From Eledone cirrhosa (lineage: Eukaryota), in NCBI GenBank assembly GCA_964016885.1, contig OZ024742.1, positions 254,200,001 through 254,264,000 of the forward strand: 64,000 nt of DNA. Reading direction: 5' to 3'. The notes under the pieces are model-generated. The model was given only the letters and a program-made list of their open reading frames with translations, was not told the origin of the DNA and made no database searches. Every line of letters starts with the position of its first letter. The stretch's first letter is position 1. Made by a program: the position numbers and the translations under genes. This document shows, in pieces, positions 1-13,265 of this stretch.

Positions 1-1233
1 AGAACTAGAGAAGAAATTCCAAACTTGGAAACAGGGACTAGAAAGAAAGGGTCTCAAAGTCAACATGACAAAGACTAAGGCCCTTGTAAGTAGACGAGAA
101 AACAGAACCCAGATCCCCCCAGGGAAATGGCCTTGCTCAGTGTGTAGGAAAGGTGTAGGTAGGACCTCTGTTCTCTGCCCCAAATGCAAAGAATGGGTAC
201 ACAAGAGATGTAGCGGGATCTCTGGAAGCTTAATTAAGAATGTAGGCTTCACATGCAGCAGCTGTACTGGGACAACAAGCAGCAAACAGCCACAGGAAAC
301 AAGTACCACCAATCTCTGGGAGGGCTCTGTAGAGACAGTAGACAGTTTCTGCTACCTAGGTGACCGAATTAACAGTGGAGGTGGGTGTTCAGAAAGTACA
401 ATAACTAGGGTAAGAACGGGATGGAAGAAGTTTAGGGAACTACTACCACTGCTAGCTGCAAAAGGCTTCTCCCTCAAAATGAAAGGCAGACTATGATGCG
501 TGTATCCGAACAGCAATGTTACATGGTAGTGAGACCTGGGCGCTGAAGGTGGAAGACTTACATAGATTAGAGAGAAACGAAGCCTGCATGCTCCGATGGA
601 TGTATAATAGTAATATACGCAAACGACAAAGCATAAATGAATTGAGAGAGAGACTGAGCATAAGAGGAATCAAATGCTGTGTGCAGGAGAGGCGGTTGCG
701 TTGGTATGGACATGTGATGCGTATGAAGGATGACAGCTGCATAAAAAGGTGCAGAGCACTAGAAGTCGATGGAAGCCGCGGAGTGGGGAGACCCAAGATG
801 ACCTGGGACGAGGTGATAAAAGCCGACCTTACGCAATTACACCTCTCAAAGGCGATGACACACGACCGTGACCTCTGGCGTCACACAGTAATACAGAGTA
901 CCCGACCTAGCATGGATACAAGCTGAAGCATATAGACAATATGCCCCCACACCCTCCCACTGCAAGGTGGTCGTGGAGGTGCCACGGCAAAAAAAGCACC
1001 CTGCCCACACTGTAAAGTGGACGTGTAGGCGCCACGAAAAATCACCCAGCACTCACTGTAAATGAGGTTGGTGTTAGGAAGGGCATCCAGCTGTAGAAAT
1101 CAAGCCAAATCAGTTCCGGTATGAGCAAGGCATGGTCAGCCGACCAAACACTGGCCACAACAGGACAACCCATCTAACCCATGCTAGCGTGGAAGAACGG
1201 ACGTAAAACGATGATGATGATGATGATGATGAT
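1..1233 (+). mobile_element. RTE-clade LINE, 3' part (RT C-terminus, PHD-type insert, 3' UTR, (GAT)n tail); frameshifted
   Basis: ORFs 65-496 and 516-926 give GLKVNMTKTK...VDSFCYLGD...GWKKFRELLPLL / MLHGSETWAL...[11 protein letters not shown]...GRPKMTW. Frameshift near 490. 3' UTR has ~40-bp cacactgtaaagtgg repeats and ends in (GAT)n at 1210-1233. Confidence 0.93.
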
Positions 1234-2029
1234 AATGTGTTCAGCACCCTAACCACTAGACCATATGCTTTAACAATTTTGAAGTGATCTTTATTTAAAA
1301 AATTGTTGTTCTTCTGCTAATTATATTTGGATCTAGATAAAATTATTCTTTTTCAATGCAAGCAAAGGAGACAATTTAGTTGAACTTTTTCCCCCTTTTT
1401 CTGCTTTGTCAGTAGAGATGTAATGTTTTGCTAAGCCCTGTAATAAATAAATTACAATAGAGAATGTTGGAAGTAAGCATCCTGTGGTGACTGGAAATGT
1501 ACTTTATTGATAATGTATTTCTAAATAACACCTGGCCACCCATAAGAAAGTTATTCTGATTAATTCCAGTGTTTTGAACACCAAGAAACTGTTAGGTTAT
1601 CTTAAGTTTTAATAACAATAAATATTGTCTTTGCTGCAAAGTGGAAGAGATGTTAGAGTGTTGGATGAAAATAATTTGTAGTATTTGTTCCAGCTCTTTG
1701 TTACTTTGTCTTTCATCTTTATGGGATCAATCGACCTTTTGCATTCTGATTTTGCTTGTGATATCATTGGTATTAAGCTGTATTGTACTTTGCCATTCCC
1801 TTAGAAATATATATAGTGTATATATGAATTATATGTTTCACTGGTTTCAAGCTGGCCTTTCCTTTGGACAATATTGGTAGTATGGAGAGGGGCAATTTGA
1901 TGGTCATTCGTAAAACAACTTGCCTAGCTTTGTACCTTGGAGAGGAACTTTCCAGGTGCAAATCCATAATAAACCAAGATTGAAGTGGTGCATTCAGACA
2001 TAATCTCCAAGTTTATATATCATCATCAT

Positions 2030-2620
2030 CATAATCATTTTACATCTATTTTTCCATGCATGCATGGATAGGATGGCTCTTTTTCAGCACAAATTCCTTC
2101 CACTTGTCATGTTTCATAAGCATCTCCTAAGATCTCTAGTGATTTGAGATCAGCTCTCACCACTTCCACACAGTTCCCCCTTGGTCTTTCTGTAGTGCCA
2201 CTTATTTCCACAAGGATTTCTTTGCACTTCTTCACCCAGTGATCCTCATCCATGTGCACCACCATACCAGTGCAATCTTCTCTCTTGCTACACTTCATCT
2301 GATTCCTCATATACCCAGGTTTTCTCTCAAGTCATCCATTCTTCATTTTTTTCCAGCCTTCACATATCCTCTGCCTTTACTGCTCATGGCATACTATCAT
2401 GCAGTATTGCACTTTACACACAGGCATCATACAACCATCCTTTTGTTCAAAGGGAGAAAACATTTGTTGTCAACAGAGGTATCATCTCTCAAAATTTCTT
2501 TCATTCTGTCTTTATTTTAGTTACGATGCTCTGAGCTTCCTACACCACTGCTAATTAGATACATAGGCAGCAGAAGCTATTAACCTCATCCACGGATCCT
2601 ACCTGGTTTGAAAAATGTAT
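2030..2620 (-). mobile_element. Degenerate RTE-like LINE 3' fragment
   Basis: Minus-strand translation resembles the RTE C-terminus (HMDEDHWVKKCKEI...RPR...VVRADLKSL). catcatcat tail near 2020-2038. Confidence 0.7.
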
Positions 2621-2769
2621 ATTTCTGATATTCTTATCATCAATTTTTCCTGAACATCTATTACATACAAAGTCTTCTTTGACTGCTATCTTGCTACACC
2701 TCTTTGGAACCCACAATTTCATTGTATACATCATATGGAGTTTCTACCTATGCCTTTTCTATATATCAA

Positions 2770-3488
2770 GCAGGGCCAAAGATCCTCTCTGACAGCCAGG
2801 GGCAGTTTCATTTGGAGTGTTGTACTGATATTTTTGATATGATAGAGGCTGATTCTGATTTCCCGTATAAAGTAGTGACTTGTGACTAGAGTTAGGTATT
2901 CACCTAGAACCCTGAGAGCAAATGTCAAAGTGTCAAATGGAAGCATGTATCCTCCAATAGGCCCAAGAAGGCAAAGATGAGTAGCTTGCAAGAGAAGGCC
3001 ATGGTCATTCCTTTCTTTGACTCCCAGTGGCTAATTCATGTTGAATGGGTTCTTGAGAGCTAAACTGTCAATAAGGATACCTTGAAATTCTGAATAGGTT
3101 TAGGGAGAGGATGAGGAAGGAGAGGCCATGGCAGTGGAGCAGTGGAGAGAGGTAGTTCCATCAGGACAATACTCCATGCTACAAGTCAATGTTGCTGGCC
3201 ACCTCGATGGTGGTACACGACTTACCCTACAGCCCCAAACTGTTGCCTTATGACATTTTCCTGTACCCATGCATGAAAGACAGCCTCACAGGAACCAGAT
3301 TCATGTCAACACAGTAGCTGATGGAACTACAGAAGAAGAAGGACTGGGAGGAAGTCTTCCATGAGTGAGGAATATGTTTGCACAAGTGTGTAGAGGTCAT
3401 TATTTTGAAGGAGATAAAGTTTTGGGAGCTTATAAAAATATATATCTCTCTTGAAATTATCTCATTACTTATTGAACATACTTCATAT
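2770..3488 (+). mobile_element. Mariner (DD34D-type) transposase relic
   Basis: Broken translation KILSDSQ..LECCTDIFDMIEADSDF.YKVVTCD.S.VFT..PESKCQS..W / KKAMVIPFFDSQ.LIHVEWV / FHQDN.P / LPYSP.L.PYDIFLYP / YFEGDK-like end. Many stops and frameshifts. Confidence 0.85.
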
Positions 3489-4522
3489 ATATTTCTATGT
3501 TTGGTTTGGTAATGATTTATTTTTATATATTCCAAACCAACATTTATAACAGTTTCTAGTCAAGTATTTCTAATTTTAATGAAGTTACAACTCTAATACA
3601 CATTTTACTTCTCTCTGTTCCATTCTTTACATAAACAGATTCGATAGTTTTACATTAGACGGCATGTTTATTCTTTCATTGAATACTTCTATAGTTATGA
3701 ATATTTCTATTTATATGTATACTTATAAGAATATAGATATGTGTGTGTATGTGTGTGTTCTTCTATATGTATATGTACTACTATATGTATATGTACTTCT
3801 ATATATATGTGTACTTTTATTATGTATGTTTGTTGTACGTTTTTATAGAAAATGAATTAAGTGTTTTTAATGTATAATGATGAATCTAGATTTGTTTCAC
3901 ACTTGTATATATATATATACATATATATACATATATATATATATATATGCTGCCCTGTTGACTAATTAGTAGCTTAATTCTAATACATGGTATACCAGTA
4001 TCGACTAGAAAATGACGTAGTAAGGTTGATATTTGGGATCCCCCTAATGAATTAGCTAACTGGTGAGGACCAGAATTAGCTGATTATTGGTTTATAATTA
4101 ATCGATGGTTAGCAGATTCTTTTTAAGGCTCAAAACAGTACTCTGCAAGCAGATATGAAGATATATGTTTTCTGGTAACTTTATGGGTTAAACAAAGAAG
4201 ATACTGGCCATTTCAAATGATGGAAATCGTGAGTACTTCAACATTTCCCTATATTAGTTGTTGAATCATTAATTTTCCTCTGCTTCATTGCCTTACAATT
4301 CATCCTATACAGATGCTCCAAATTGTAAGCAATAAGATCGAAATCATTGTATATCATTTTAAACATTTATAATTTATATATATTCATATGTATAAAGAGA
4401 TCTGTAAATTGCTGTAGAAACAGCAAGAGCTCAGCTGTAAGGCTCAAGACTCTCTAACATATATATTTATATATATATATATACATACACATACACATAT
4501 ATATATTTTTTTGTATCTATAT

Positions 4523-5430
4523 ATGTGGTGGTATCAAAATGTTTTTGACATCATCTCCTTCAAAATAGTCACCTTGCACAGCATTGCACCAGTCCCAGCA
4601 TTCTTGCTACTTTTGGAATCCAGCCTGCAAATTGTTTTCCGTAAGTAAGTCAAGGACCTTCTGCAATTCGCACTGGATCTCAGCAATGGTGACCTTTGAG
4701 CTACATTTTCAGCTTGAAGAAGAAATGAAAGCTTGCAGGTATTAAATCAGGCCAATAGGTCAGGTGCGGAAGTGAGACAATGTTATATATGGTGAGAAAC
4801 TCAGGAGTGAGGCAATCTTAGTGACAGGGTGCATTATTGTCATGAAGAATCCAATTCTTCACTCTCCACAGGTCCGGTTGCTTTTGCCAAATGTCCCCCA
4901 TCAAACACCTGAAAACATTGCAGTAGAACTCTCAATTGATGGTCTGACCCTTGGGGACAAATTCTCGATGCACAATACCACAGATGCGAGAAAAAACTGA
5001 TGAGCATGCTCTTGATTGAGCTGCAGCTCTGTCATGCCTTCTTCAGTTGTGGAGATGAATGGATTTTGTATTGTGTGAACTGCTGCTTCATCTCAGTATC
5101 GTACATGTAGTCCCAACTCATGTCACTGGAGAGATGATCCCCAACATAAAGGATGGGTCATTTGCAGCACACTGACAGAGAACTCAACAGACTTCGACGC
5201 GATGTTCTATCTGCTCAGTGTTCAGCATTGCACTTCTCCTTCCCCACTTATCACCCTGTCAAATCACATCACACTTGACACAACCTCATATTTATCTCCC
5301 TCCTACTGCTTCCCAGCCAAACAGAGCAGAGGTGAAAAGGACCAACAAAACCGCTCTAGCTTGGTGCCACAAAATGCAGCTGATAAACTCTGTAAGGTGG
5401 TTAGCAACAAGTTAGGCACCTCACTGTAGA
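4523..5430 (-). mobile_element. Mariner transposase relic (second family)
   Basis: Minus-strand pieces read KSMLI.FF..GIVHREFVPKGQTIN.EFYCNV / WILHDNNAPCH / VQGDYFEGDD. TIR-like tatgtggtggtatcaaaa at the left end. Internal deletion. Confidence 0.85.
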
Positions 5431-5551
5431 AAACATACTTAAAAAATGCTTTCGGCCTGTCATGAAGGTCTGTAATCCCACTTCAGAACTGACTTGGTCA
5501 GGGCAAGCAGACATTAAACAATGATGATGATATATATGTATGTGTGTATAT

Positions 5552-5586
<35 letters not shown>

Positions 5587-5588
5587 GT

Positions 5589-5847
5589 GGAGGCACGTGG
5601 CCTAGTGGTAAGGGTGTTGGACTTACGATCATAATGTTGTGGGTTTGATTCCTGGGTTGCGTGTTGTGTTCTTGAGCAAAACACTTCATTTCACATTGCT
5701 CCAGTACACTCAGCTGAAAATGGATACCTGCAATATCTGGGGGTTTTAACCTGCAATAGACTGGCGTCCTGTCCAGGGGGTAGTCTTGTACTCTCAGTTG
5801 CTTCATGCCATGAAACCTGGCCCAATGAGCCTTCTGGCTTAAGATAG
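5589..5847 (+). mobile_element. tRNA-derived SINE (family A)
   Basis: A box TGGCCTAGTGG, B box GGTTTGATTCC, central GTGTTCTTGAGCAAAACACTT...CTCAGCTG core. Near-identical copy at 40400-40674 (-). Confidence 0.85.
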
Positions 5848-6447
5848 ACTATAGACTTTTAAAAAAAAAATATATATATATGTATGTAAATATGCATATA
5901 TACAAAAATAATATATTCATATATACATGTGTGGATGTGTGAGCATGTGTGTTCATATGTTTATACTTATGTATGTTTATATATATATATATGTATATAG
6001 CAAGTGATTGTTTTTCTGAATATACATGTGTGTATGTAGCTGTGTGCATCAGTAATATCTCTTTTGACTGTAATATCTCTTTATGGGTTTTTGCACACAT
6101 CATACTTGCACTACTCAGGCCATATTTTATTATCTGCTCTAGTACTTGTAATATGTAGACTTTGCCACCAATTATCGTATATCTATGACAAAGAATCTTT
6201 CACACACTGCAACAAATTTCCCAAGCGCTTGGTCGTATCTCAGGTTTTATTGCTCAAAATTAATATATTGTATGAAAACCAAGTTTGCAGATAGTGGAAT
6301 TTTTCGCATGGAAGCCTGATGCATGCTTGGTAAATCAATAATAACAATTACAGCAACTTTTTGAACTCTTAGCTTTAAGATTCAATTCTTTCTTCTTTTG
6401 GCTTTTGGCTTTAGGTAAAGTCTTTCTTTGATTCTGTCGGTTTGTAT

Positions 6448-6461
6448 ACTACTACTACTAT

Positions 6462-6520
<59 letters not shown>
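6448..6520. repeat. (CTA)n microsatellite
   Basis: Direct reading. Confidence 0.95.
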
Positions 6521-6630
6521 GTGTACCTACTTACGGCTCAATGTGGAAATATTTTACTCCTCATTTTCAGAGCTACAACTTAATAGTATGGCATCTTACT
6601 TTTAATTGACTGGAACATATATATATATAT

Positions 6631-6665
<35 letters not shown>

Positions 6666-7150
6666 AATATATATATATGTATGTATATATATATATATGT
6701 TAGATGATGATGATATATATATATATATATACATAAATGCCACTTTACATTAAAATGGCTTGAAAAATACACACATATAACAGAGAAAATGGAGGATGTT
6801 ATATATATATATATATGAATTGAAAAAGGATGTGTGGGCATAGGTGTTGCAGGTGTGTGTGCTGAAAGACAGGCAAAATACATCAAAGACAGTAAAACAT
6901 TTTTAGAATTAGAATATTTCTCTGCTTTAACAATAAATATGATTGCATAGAACATATATATAACAGAAAACAGGTGATGTGCAGAAATTAAGGTTGATCA
7001 TGTTATATACATGCTGTATATTAAAATGGAACAAGTTCATGTTTGAAGGTATGTATATATATTCGTAAAAGCTAAGCAGAAATATCAAAGCAAATGACAG
7101 AGTTCAATGAAGTTCTATATTAGTTTTACACTAGATATAGTAGGAAAAGC

Positions 7151-7188
7151 ATCTTACTGTTTTGGACACTAGTCCTTCATCAGAAAAT
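7151..7188 (-). ncRNA. Decayed minimal hammerhead-like motif
   Basis: Minus strand CTGATGA-A-GGAC tagt GTCC-AAAA-CAG-TA. G12 is replaced by A, as CpG decay would give. Homologous to 37248-37285. Confidence 0.5.
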
Positions 7189-8571
7189 AGAATGAGCAAT
7201 TAAAGAAGAAATAGAAAGGTAAAGGAGAGTGGGCAGTGGCAGAAACAAAGAAAATAAATCTTTGAGAACAAACAGGTCTCTTCAAGTCGCCATCTCTTGA
7301 ATTTATATATATCATCATCATTTGACATTCTCTTTCCTTGTTAATAAGTTTTGGACAGGTTTTCACAGATCAAGTCAGTGCTGAAGTGAGTCTACTGACA
7401 TCCTAGACAGGCTGGGAGCCTCCATTCTCACATGCATGTGGTCCCACACTCTACCAAATTCATTTTATTATGACATTATGACAAAGGAGGTTGTTATGTC
7501 TTTGACACAATTAAAGAGTCCTACCAATCCTTTGATTACCAACACTAGAAAGTTTGTCGCACCATTGATGCAATGGAAGAATCCTCTCCTTTTGGCATGG
7601 TTTATATACCAGGGTGCCCTTCCTATGGCCAATCACCTTACAGGGTGTACTGGGTGCATTTCCATACTATCAACATTAGAGAGGTTATAAGTTACTGTCA
7701 AACAGAAGAGACCTCTCCACTCTGCCGTGGTAGGGAAAGGAGAGGAAAAAGGGGATAAGCAATAAGTGATATTGACAGGGCTGTGTGATTTTACTGGGTG
7801 GTGAGTAAGGAGAAAGGGTGACCTTGGATAGCATAGTGGATGTAGTGATGGTGAGAATACCTAAGCAGTGGTTGTGGTGGAGGCTTAGGTGGAGTGCACA
7901 GAGGTGGAGGAATAGATAATTGATACGAGGTTGTGGTGTACTGTGACAAGACTTAGTCACATTTATGCTGGTGGGCAGGTCTTCATCAGCACAGCTTAAA
8001 AACACATATATGTACATATATATATATGTATATATATTAAGGTGTTTGCTCTAACATATCTGTATACATATAAGTATGATTATTTTGTATATCTAGCAAT
8101 ACACAGTATGTTTATGAATAACCATTTTGAAAGCCTTCAGTTAGGAATTTTGGAAACTGATGTTCATTGTAGCCACCCTTGCTTCTGCTGAAATCTGCTA
8201 GAGGGCACTATGTCATCAGTTTCTAAAATTCATTGCTGAAAGTTTTCAAAATGTTTCTTCATAAACATATAGTATATTGCTAGATTTACAAAATAATCAT
8301 TCATATATATATATATACCATCATCATCATCATCATCATCATTGTTTAACATCCATTTTCTATGCTTGCATGGGTTAGATGGGTTGTCGCATTAAGAGAC
8401 AAGTCAAGTAAGGAGACCTTGTCATGCTCAATATGGACCTGTATTTTGACTTGGTTTCTATAGCTCATTTTATTGTGGCACAAGCAACAGGGAGGTTGTT
8501 ATGGTTTTGATACAGTTGGAAAGTTTGTCTTGACCCTATATGTATGTGTGTGAATATATATGTGAAAATGT

Positions 8572-8623
8572 AGAAGAAGAAGAAGAAGAAGAAGAAGAAG
8601 AAGAAGAAGAAGAAGAAGAAGAA
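8572..8623. repeat. (GAA)n microsatellite
   Basis: Direct reading. Confidence 0.95.
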
Positions 8624-9104
8624 ATGCAGATGGAAGGTTGTAAACATCAGTGCATTTGTTAACCTATCAAAATATAAAATATATAACATATATAACATAT
8701 ATGAAACAAAGAATGAGGTAGAAGAAAAATTACAAAGGCTAGTGAAAGAATAGAAAAAAGAACAGTTACTTGTTTCCTTTACTTCTCCATATCAAAGAGA
8801 TCAGATGTTCATATTGGAACAGAATAGATCTCCATTGAGTTTGACAATAAATGTAGCACCTTGATCAAAGGAACAGCCTGCTTTCGATATTAAGATGTAG
8901 GTGGTTGAACATTCAGTGACTGAGTGTGACCGAGTATGTGATGTCTGGTTTCTTTGAATTACTGGTACAGTCTATCTTGTATAATAGTTTAAGTAGCTGA
9001 GTAGTCCACAGACATGTGTACTCCTAAGATAATTCTCAGGGAGATTCAGCATGATATTCAGTATGTAACATGACTGGCCCTTTGAATCACAGGTACAGTT
9101 TATC

Positions 9105-9277
9105 TTGTTAGAGGGTCCGACGCCATGCTTTGCAGCACATAGTTACGTCCCCTTATGGTCTGAGTTCAAATCCTGCCGAGGTTAACTTTGCTTTTCATCC
9201 TTACGGGGTCAATAAAATAAAGTACCAGTAATGCACAGGGATAATTGCTGGCCTTGTGCCAAATATAGAAACAATTA
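9105..9277 (+). mobile_element. tRNA-derived SINE (family B), inserted in another SINE-like repeat
   Basis: B box GAGTTCAAATCC, then the GCTTTTCATCCTTACGGGGTCAATAAAATAAAGTACCAG core shared with 27180, 50608, 61325 and the 17770-19070 cluster. Both flanks carry gctgagta.tccacagacat...ctcagggagattcagcatgat. Confidence 0.8.
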
Positions 9278-9780
9278 TAATTTAAGTGGCTGAGTATTCC
9301 ACAGACATAATTCTCAGGGAGATTCAGCATGATATACAGCATGTGTCAGACTAAATCTTTGAATTACAGATTCAGTACAATTGACAGGCATCCAAACATT
9401 TTCAGTCACAAAATAACCTGATATTATGGTAAATGAAACTTGCTTAAGACATCACACAATGGAATCGAACATGAGACACAATTATTGAGAGGTGAATTTC
9501 TTTACCATTTGGCCATGCTGCATACACATATGTCCATATTAAAGAGGCTAACAACTGTAACCAAACTTGAGAATAAATTCAATATAATCATTAAATAGCT
9601 CCACTCTAACCCTATGCGACATATCGACCACATAAACTACACAAGAAAATCTACGATATTGATAACATGAGAAAACCTAACAAGAAACTTTACAAATAAG
9701 GTTTTATAAACTTCAATTGATTTATTTTGATTTCGTCAATGTTAACTTTCTTCCTCGATTTCCTATATTTAGAATAACTT

Positions 9781-10611
9781 TTAAACAAAAATAGTGGAGT
9801 AGCAACAGACATTAAACAGAAATAGTGGAGTAGCAACAGACATTAAACAGAAATAGTGGAGTGGTGAAGATATTAAACAGATATAGTGGAGTGGTGACAG
9901 ATATTAAACAGAAATAGTGGAGTAACAATAGACATGAAACAGAAATAGTGGAGTAGCAACAGACATTAAACAGAAATATTGGAGTAGCAATAGACATTAA
10001 ACAGAAATAGTGGAGTGGTGAAGATATTAAACAGATATAGTGGAGTGGTGACAGATATTAAACAGAAATAGTGGAGTAGCAATAGACATGAAACAGATAT
10101 AGTGGAGTGGTGACAAACATTAAACAGAAATAGTGGAGTAGCAATAGACATGAAACAGATATAGTGGAGTGGTGACAGATATTAAACAGAAATAGTGGAG
10201 TAGCAATAGACATGAAACAGATATAGTGGAGTGGTGACAGACATTAAACAGAAATAGTGGAGTAGCAATAGACATGAAACAGATATAGTGGAGTGGTGAC
10301 AGATATTAAACAGAAATAGTGGAGTAGCAATAGACATGAAACAGATATAGTGGAGTGGTGACAGATATTAAACAGAAATAGTGGAGTAGCAATAGACATG
10401 AAACAGATATAGTGGAGTGGTGACAGACATTAAACAGAAATAGTGGAGTAGCAATAGACATGAAACAGAAATAGTGGAGTGATGACAGATATTAAACAGA
10501 TATAGTGGAGTGGTGACAGATATTAAACAGAAATAGTGGAGTAGCAATAGACATTAAACAGAAATAGTGGAGTGATGACAGATATTAAACAGATATAGTG
10601 GAGTGGTGACA
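9781..10611. repeat. 31-bp minisatellite, ~27 copies, two alternating variants
   Basis: Unit ttaaacagaaatagtggagtagcaa(c/t)agaca versus (t/g)aaacagatatagtggagtggtgacagata. Period 31 (starts 9781, 9812, 9843). Confidence 0.95.
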
Positions 10612-10699
10612 TATTTTGTCTGTCTCATCTGTTCCTTTAAGTTGATTTGGATTTTATGGCACTTAACACCACACATACATAAATATGATAAGATGAAAG

Positions 10700-11420
10700 A
10701 GTACAGCTTCATCATGAAACCAGTAAAAAGAAGACAATAGCTGATTAAGACGACTACCAATGCTGACTATGCGGAAGATCTTGCAAAGATATTTAATAAA
10801 GTACAAAAATCAGAATCCATGCTATACAGTTTGGTGAGGGAAGCCAGTAGCATTTGACTCTGTATAAATGCAGACAAGACTGAATACATGTGATTCAACC
10901 AGGATGTCACTATAAACTCACTAGTTGATAAACAACTGAAAAAAGTTGACCAGTTCACCTAACTGAGAAGTAAGTTCTTGAAACAAGGTCTCACCAAAAG
11001 TGGCATAAATACACACATCATCAAAGCTTGGCTTGCTTTGGATAAGCTGACAACAATTTGGAAATAAAAGCTCCTCAAAAAAAATAAATTTGAATTCTTC
11101 CAAGTGACAGTGTAATCAGTACTGTTGTATGGGTGGACTACAAGGAGACTCTCTAAGTGACTTGAGAAGAAACTAAATGGCAAATACACAACAATGCTCA
11201 GAACTGCTTTAAACATATCTTGGAAGCAGCACCCTACAAAAAAGTAAATCTATGGTCATCTATCTGTAATCTTTCATACCATCTGAGAGACACGAACCAG
11301 ATTCGCTGGATAGAGCTTGAGAGAAAAGAATGAAATTGTCAATAATATACTGCTGTGGACACCAAGGCATGGATATCCCAATGTGGGCAGACTTCACAAA
11401 CCTATATCAAACAGCAATGA
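10700..11420 (+). mobile_element. Degenerate LINE RT fragment (RTE-like, different family)
   Basis: Broken translation DYAEDLA...LCINADKTEYM...LKKVDQFT.L / SVLLYGWT / LEKKLNGKYTTMLRTALNISWKQHPT. Confidence 0.7.
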
Positions 11421-11819
11421 GATGGATGACAGAGTCAGATGTAGGAAAGTCATGATGATCCATGCAGCCAGCATGCCAAGATAATCATGATAATCTATTC
11501 CTTTCATCCAGTCACTTTCATTCTCCCTCAACACACACATCACATTCAATTTCTCTTTACAAAATTCATCACTGGCTCTATTCTTCTCACCTAGGAACTT
11601 CCATCGTACCTCAACACACAACCCAACCATTTCATTTCATTTTCTTCACAACATTTATAACTGATTATTCCCATTATCCTCTGCAATTCATTGCTTATCT
11701 TCCTCTTTCTGAGCAGTATTTTATTTATCCACCAGTCCATTATCACTTCCATTCTTTCCAACCTTCTCTTCTGTTCTTTATTCATAATGATATATTGATA
11801 CTTCATTTGACTGTCACCC

Positions 11820-12230
11820 AGTGACAAGTTGTAGAAGTTTGATTCCAAAGTGTTTGAAACTGCTCCTAGTTCTACAATCAAAAGCTGTTTATTTTAAAGT
11901 GTTTATATTTATCTAAATTCCTTCCAATATGATATTTTATGCAAGAACGTTTGTTAAATTATGTTCCAGTAATCAATTTAATGAGAATGTTAGTCCTTTT
12001 TCTACAAATTCTCGATTGTTTACATAAGTACTTGAAACTCATCTGACAGTGTCTTTCATCAGAAATATATTAACAAAGGGGTTAAATTCTATTATAATCT
12101 TATGTAGGAATCTTTGTTATGTTTCAAATATTAATTTCACTAACTCCTCGAAATTCTTAATTATTTTTTTAATTATTTGAAAACCATAAGCAGTGTCTTT
12201 TATTAGAAATATGGTAATGGAAGGGTTAAG
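11820..12230. mobile_element. Degenerate TTAA-ended MITE copies (related to 14355-14580, 52765-52950, 61569-61830)
   Basis: Shared internal sequence (tgtttattttaaagtgttt...ttatgcaagaac) and aagggttaa ends. Confidence 0.5.
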
Positions 12231-12869
12231 AAATTTTTCTTATTATAATTATCAATATTTTAGTTAACTATGGTTAAATAAATATTTATATATCTTTTGA
12301 GATTTTTATATAATTCAAATTGATATTCATTTATCTGGTTCAGTGAAGTTTGAATAAAGAAGATGAACAAGAAAGGAAACATGAAGTATAACAAATACAG
12401 CTTAAAATAGCTTTTTTGTTTTCTCCATATTGATCTGATTAGCAAGACATCTGCCGTTAGATAATTCACTTTCTGCTATACCATTTTCTTTTCTTTCTCT
12501 CCCTCTCTCCTATACAAACTATCAATGATTCAATATTTGTATTTCGATGATGTCTGCTTTATTACAAGTGTGTGATGAAAGCATTCAACTAAGCTTCTAT
12601 AATGATTAGCCAGCTATTGTGTTATTATACAAGAAAAGTTTGAGTCAGTCAGTTGGTCGATAGCTTACCAAGAAAAATATCTCGAAATTCTATATGAAAT
12701 GGGTTAAGAGACTTAGAAATATCTTGAAAGTATTAATAGTGTTAAAACAGCCATTTTTCAACAAGGACGGAAGAAGACCATTGATAAAAAGTCAAATACA
12801 ATTCATTCTTCATTTATTTTTATGAATTCTTTTGTATCCTGAATTGTTGCCTGTAAATAGATTTTTCCC

Positions 12870-13265
12870 CATTATCATCATCAAAATTTTATATCTATTT
12901 TTCAACATTTGGATGGGTTGGATATATCTTCTCCAGCCCAGCTTACCTCTGCTTATTACATTCTTTTGTTATCTCTTCTGTGAGGTTCAGCAATTTGAGA
13001 TCAGCTCCACCCAGGTCTTCCTTGGACTTCCGCTACTGCAGCTTTTTCCCACAGGCATCTGCCGGTACTATGTCAACTAGCATTCCTCATTCATACACAT
13101 GACATGTCCATACCAGTGCAGTCTTCTCTCTTGTACACACTACATCTGATTCCTCTTATACCCAGTTTTTCTCTCAGGTCATCCATTCTTCATCGTTCAT
13201 GCACACTAACATCACACATCCAACAGTGTATGCTTAATTCATTCCTTTCCAGACTTAGCATATGT
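12870..13265 (-). mobile_element. Degenerate RTE-like LINE 3' fragment
   Basis: Reverse complement matches the RTE C-terminal coding region (WYGHV.M, GIRGIRC) and the atcatc tail. Confidence 0.65.

Noticed and set aside
491-796. Antisense ORFs over RTE copies (also 24032-25487 on +)
   Set aside because: Shadow frames of the LINE ORF with no independent evidence.
4410-4446. GAAA-CAGC aagagctca GCTG-TA, similar to stem III of the 21752 motif
   Set aside because: Only the 3' half is present; I found no matching YUGANRA with stem I and II partners upstream.
5589-5660. tRNA gene
   Set aside because: A and B boxes are present but there is no good cloverleaf, and it continues into a multi-copy SINE body.
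8760-8925. Possible minus-strand exon ending at a gtaact donor
   Set aside because: In-frame stops before the donor, and part of it overlaps SINE-derived sequence.
9781-10611. CRISPR-like periodicity (also 46288-46793)
   Set aside because: No unique spacers, no cas genes and a eukaryotic context; these are plain tandem repeats.
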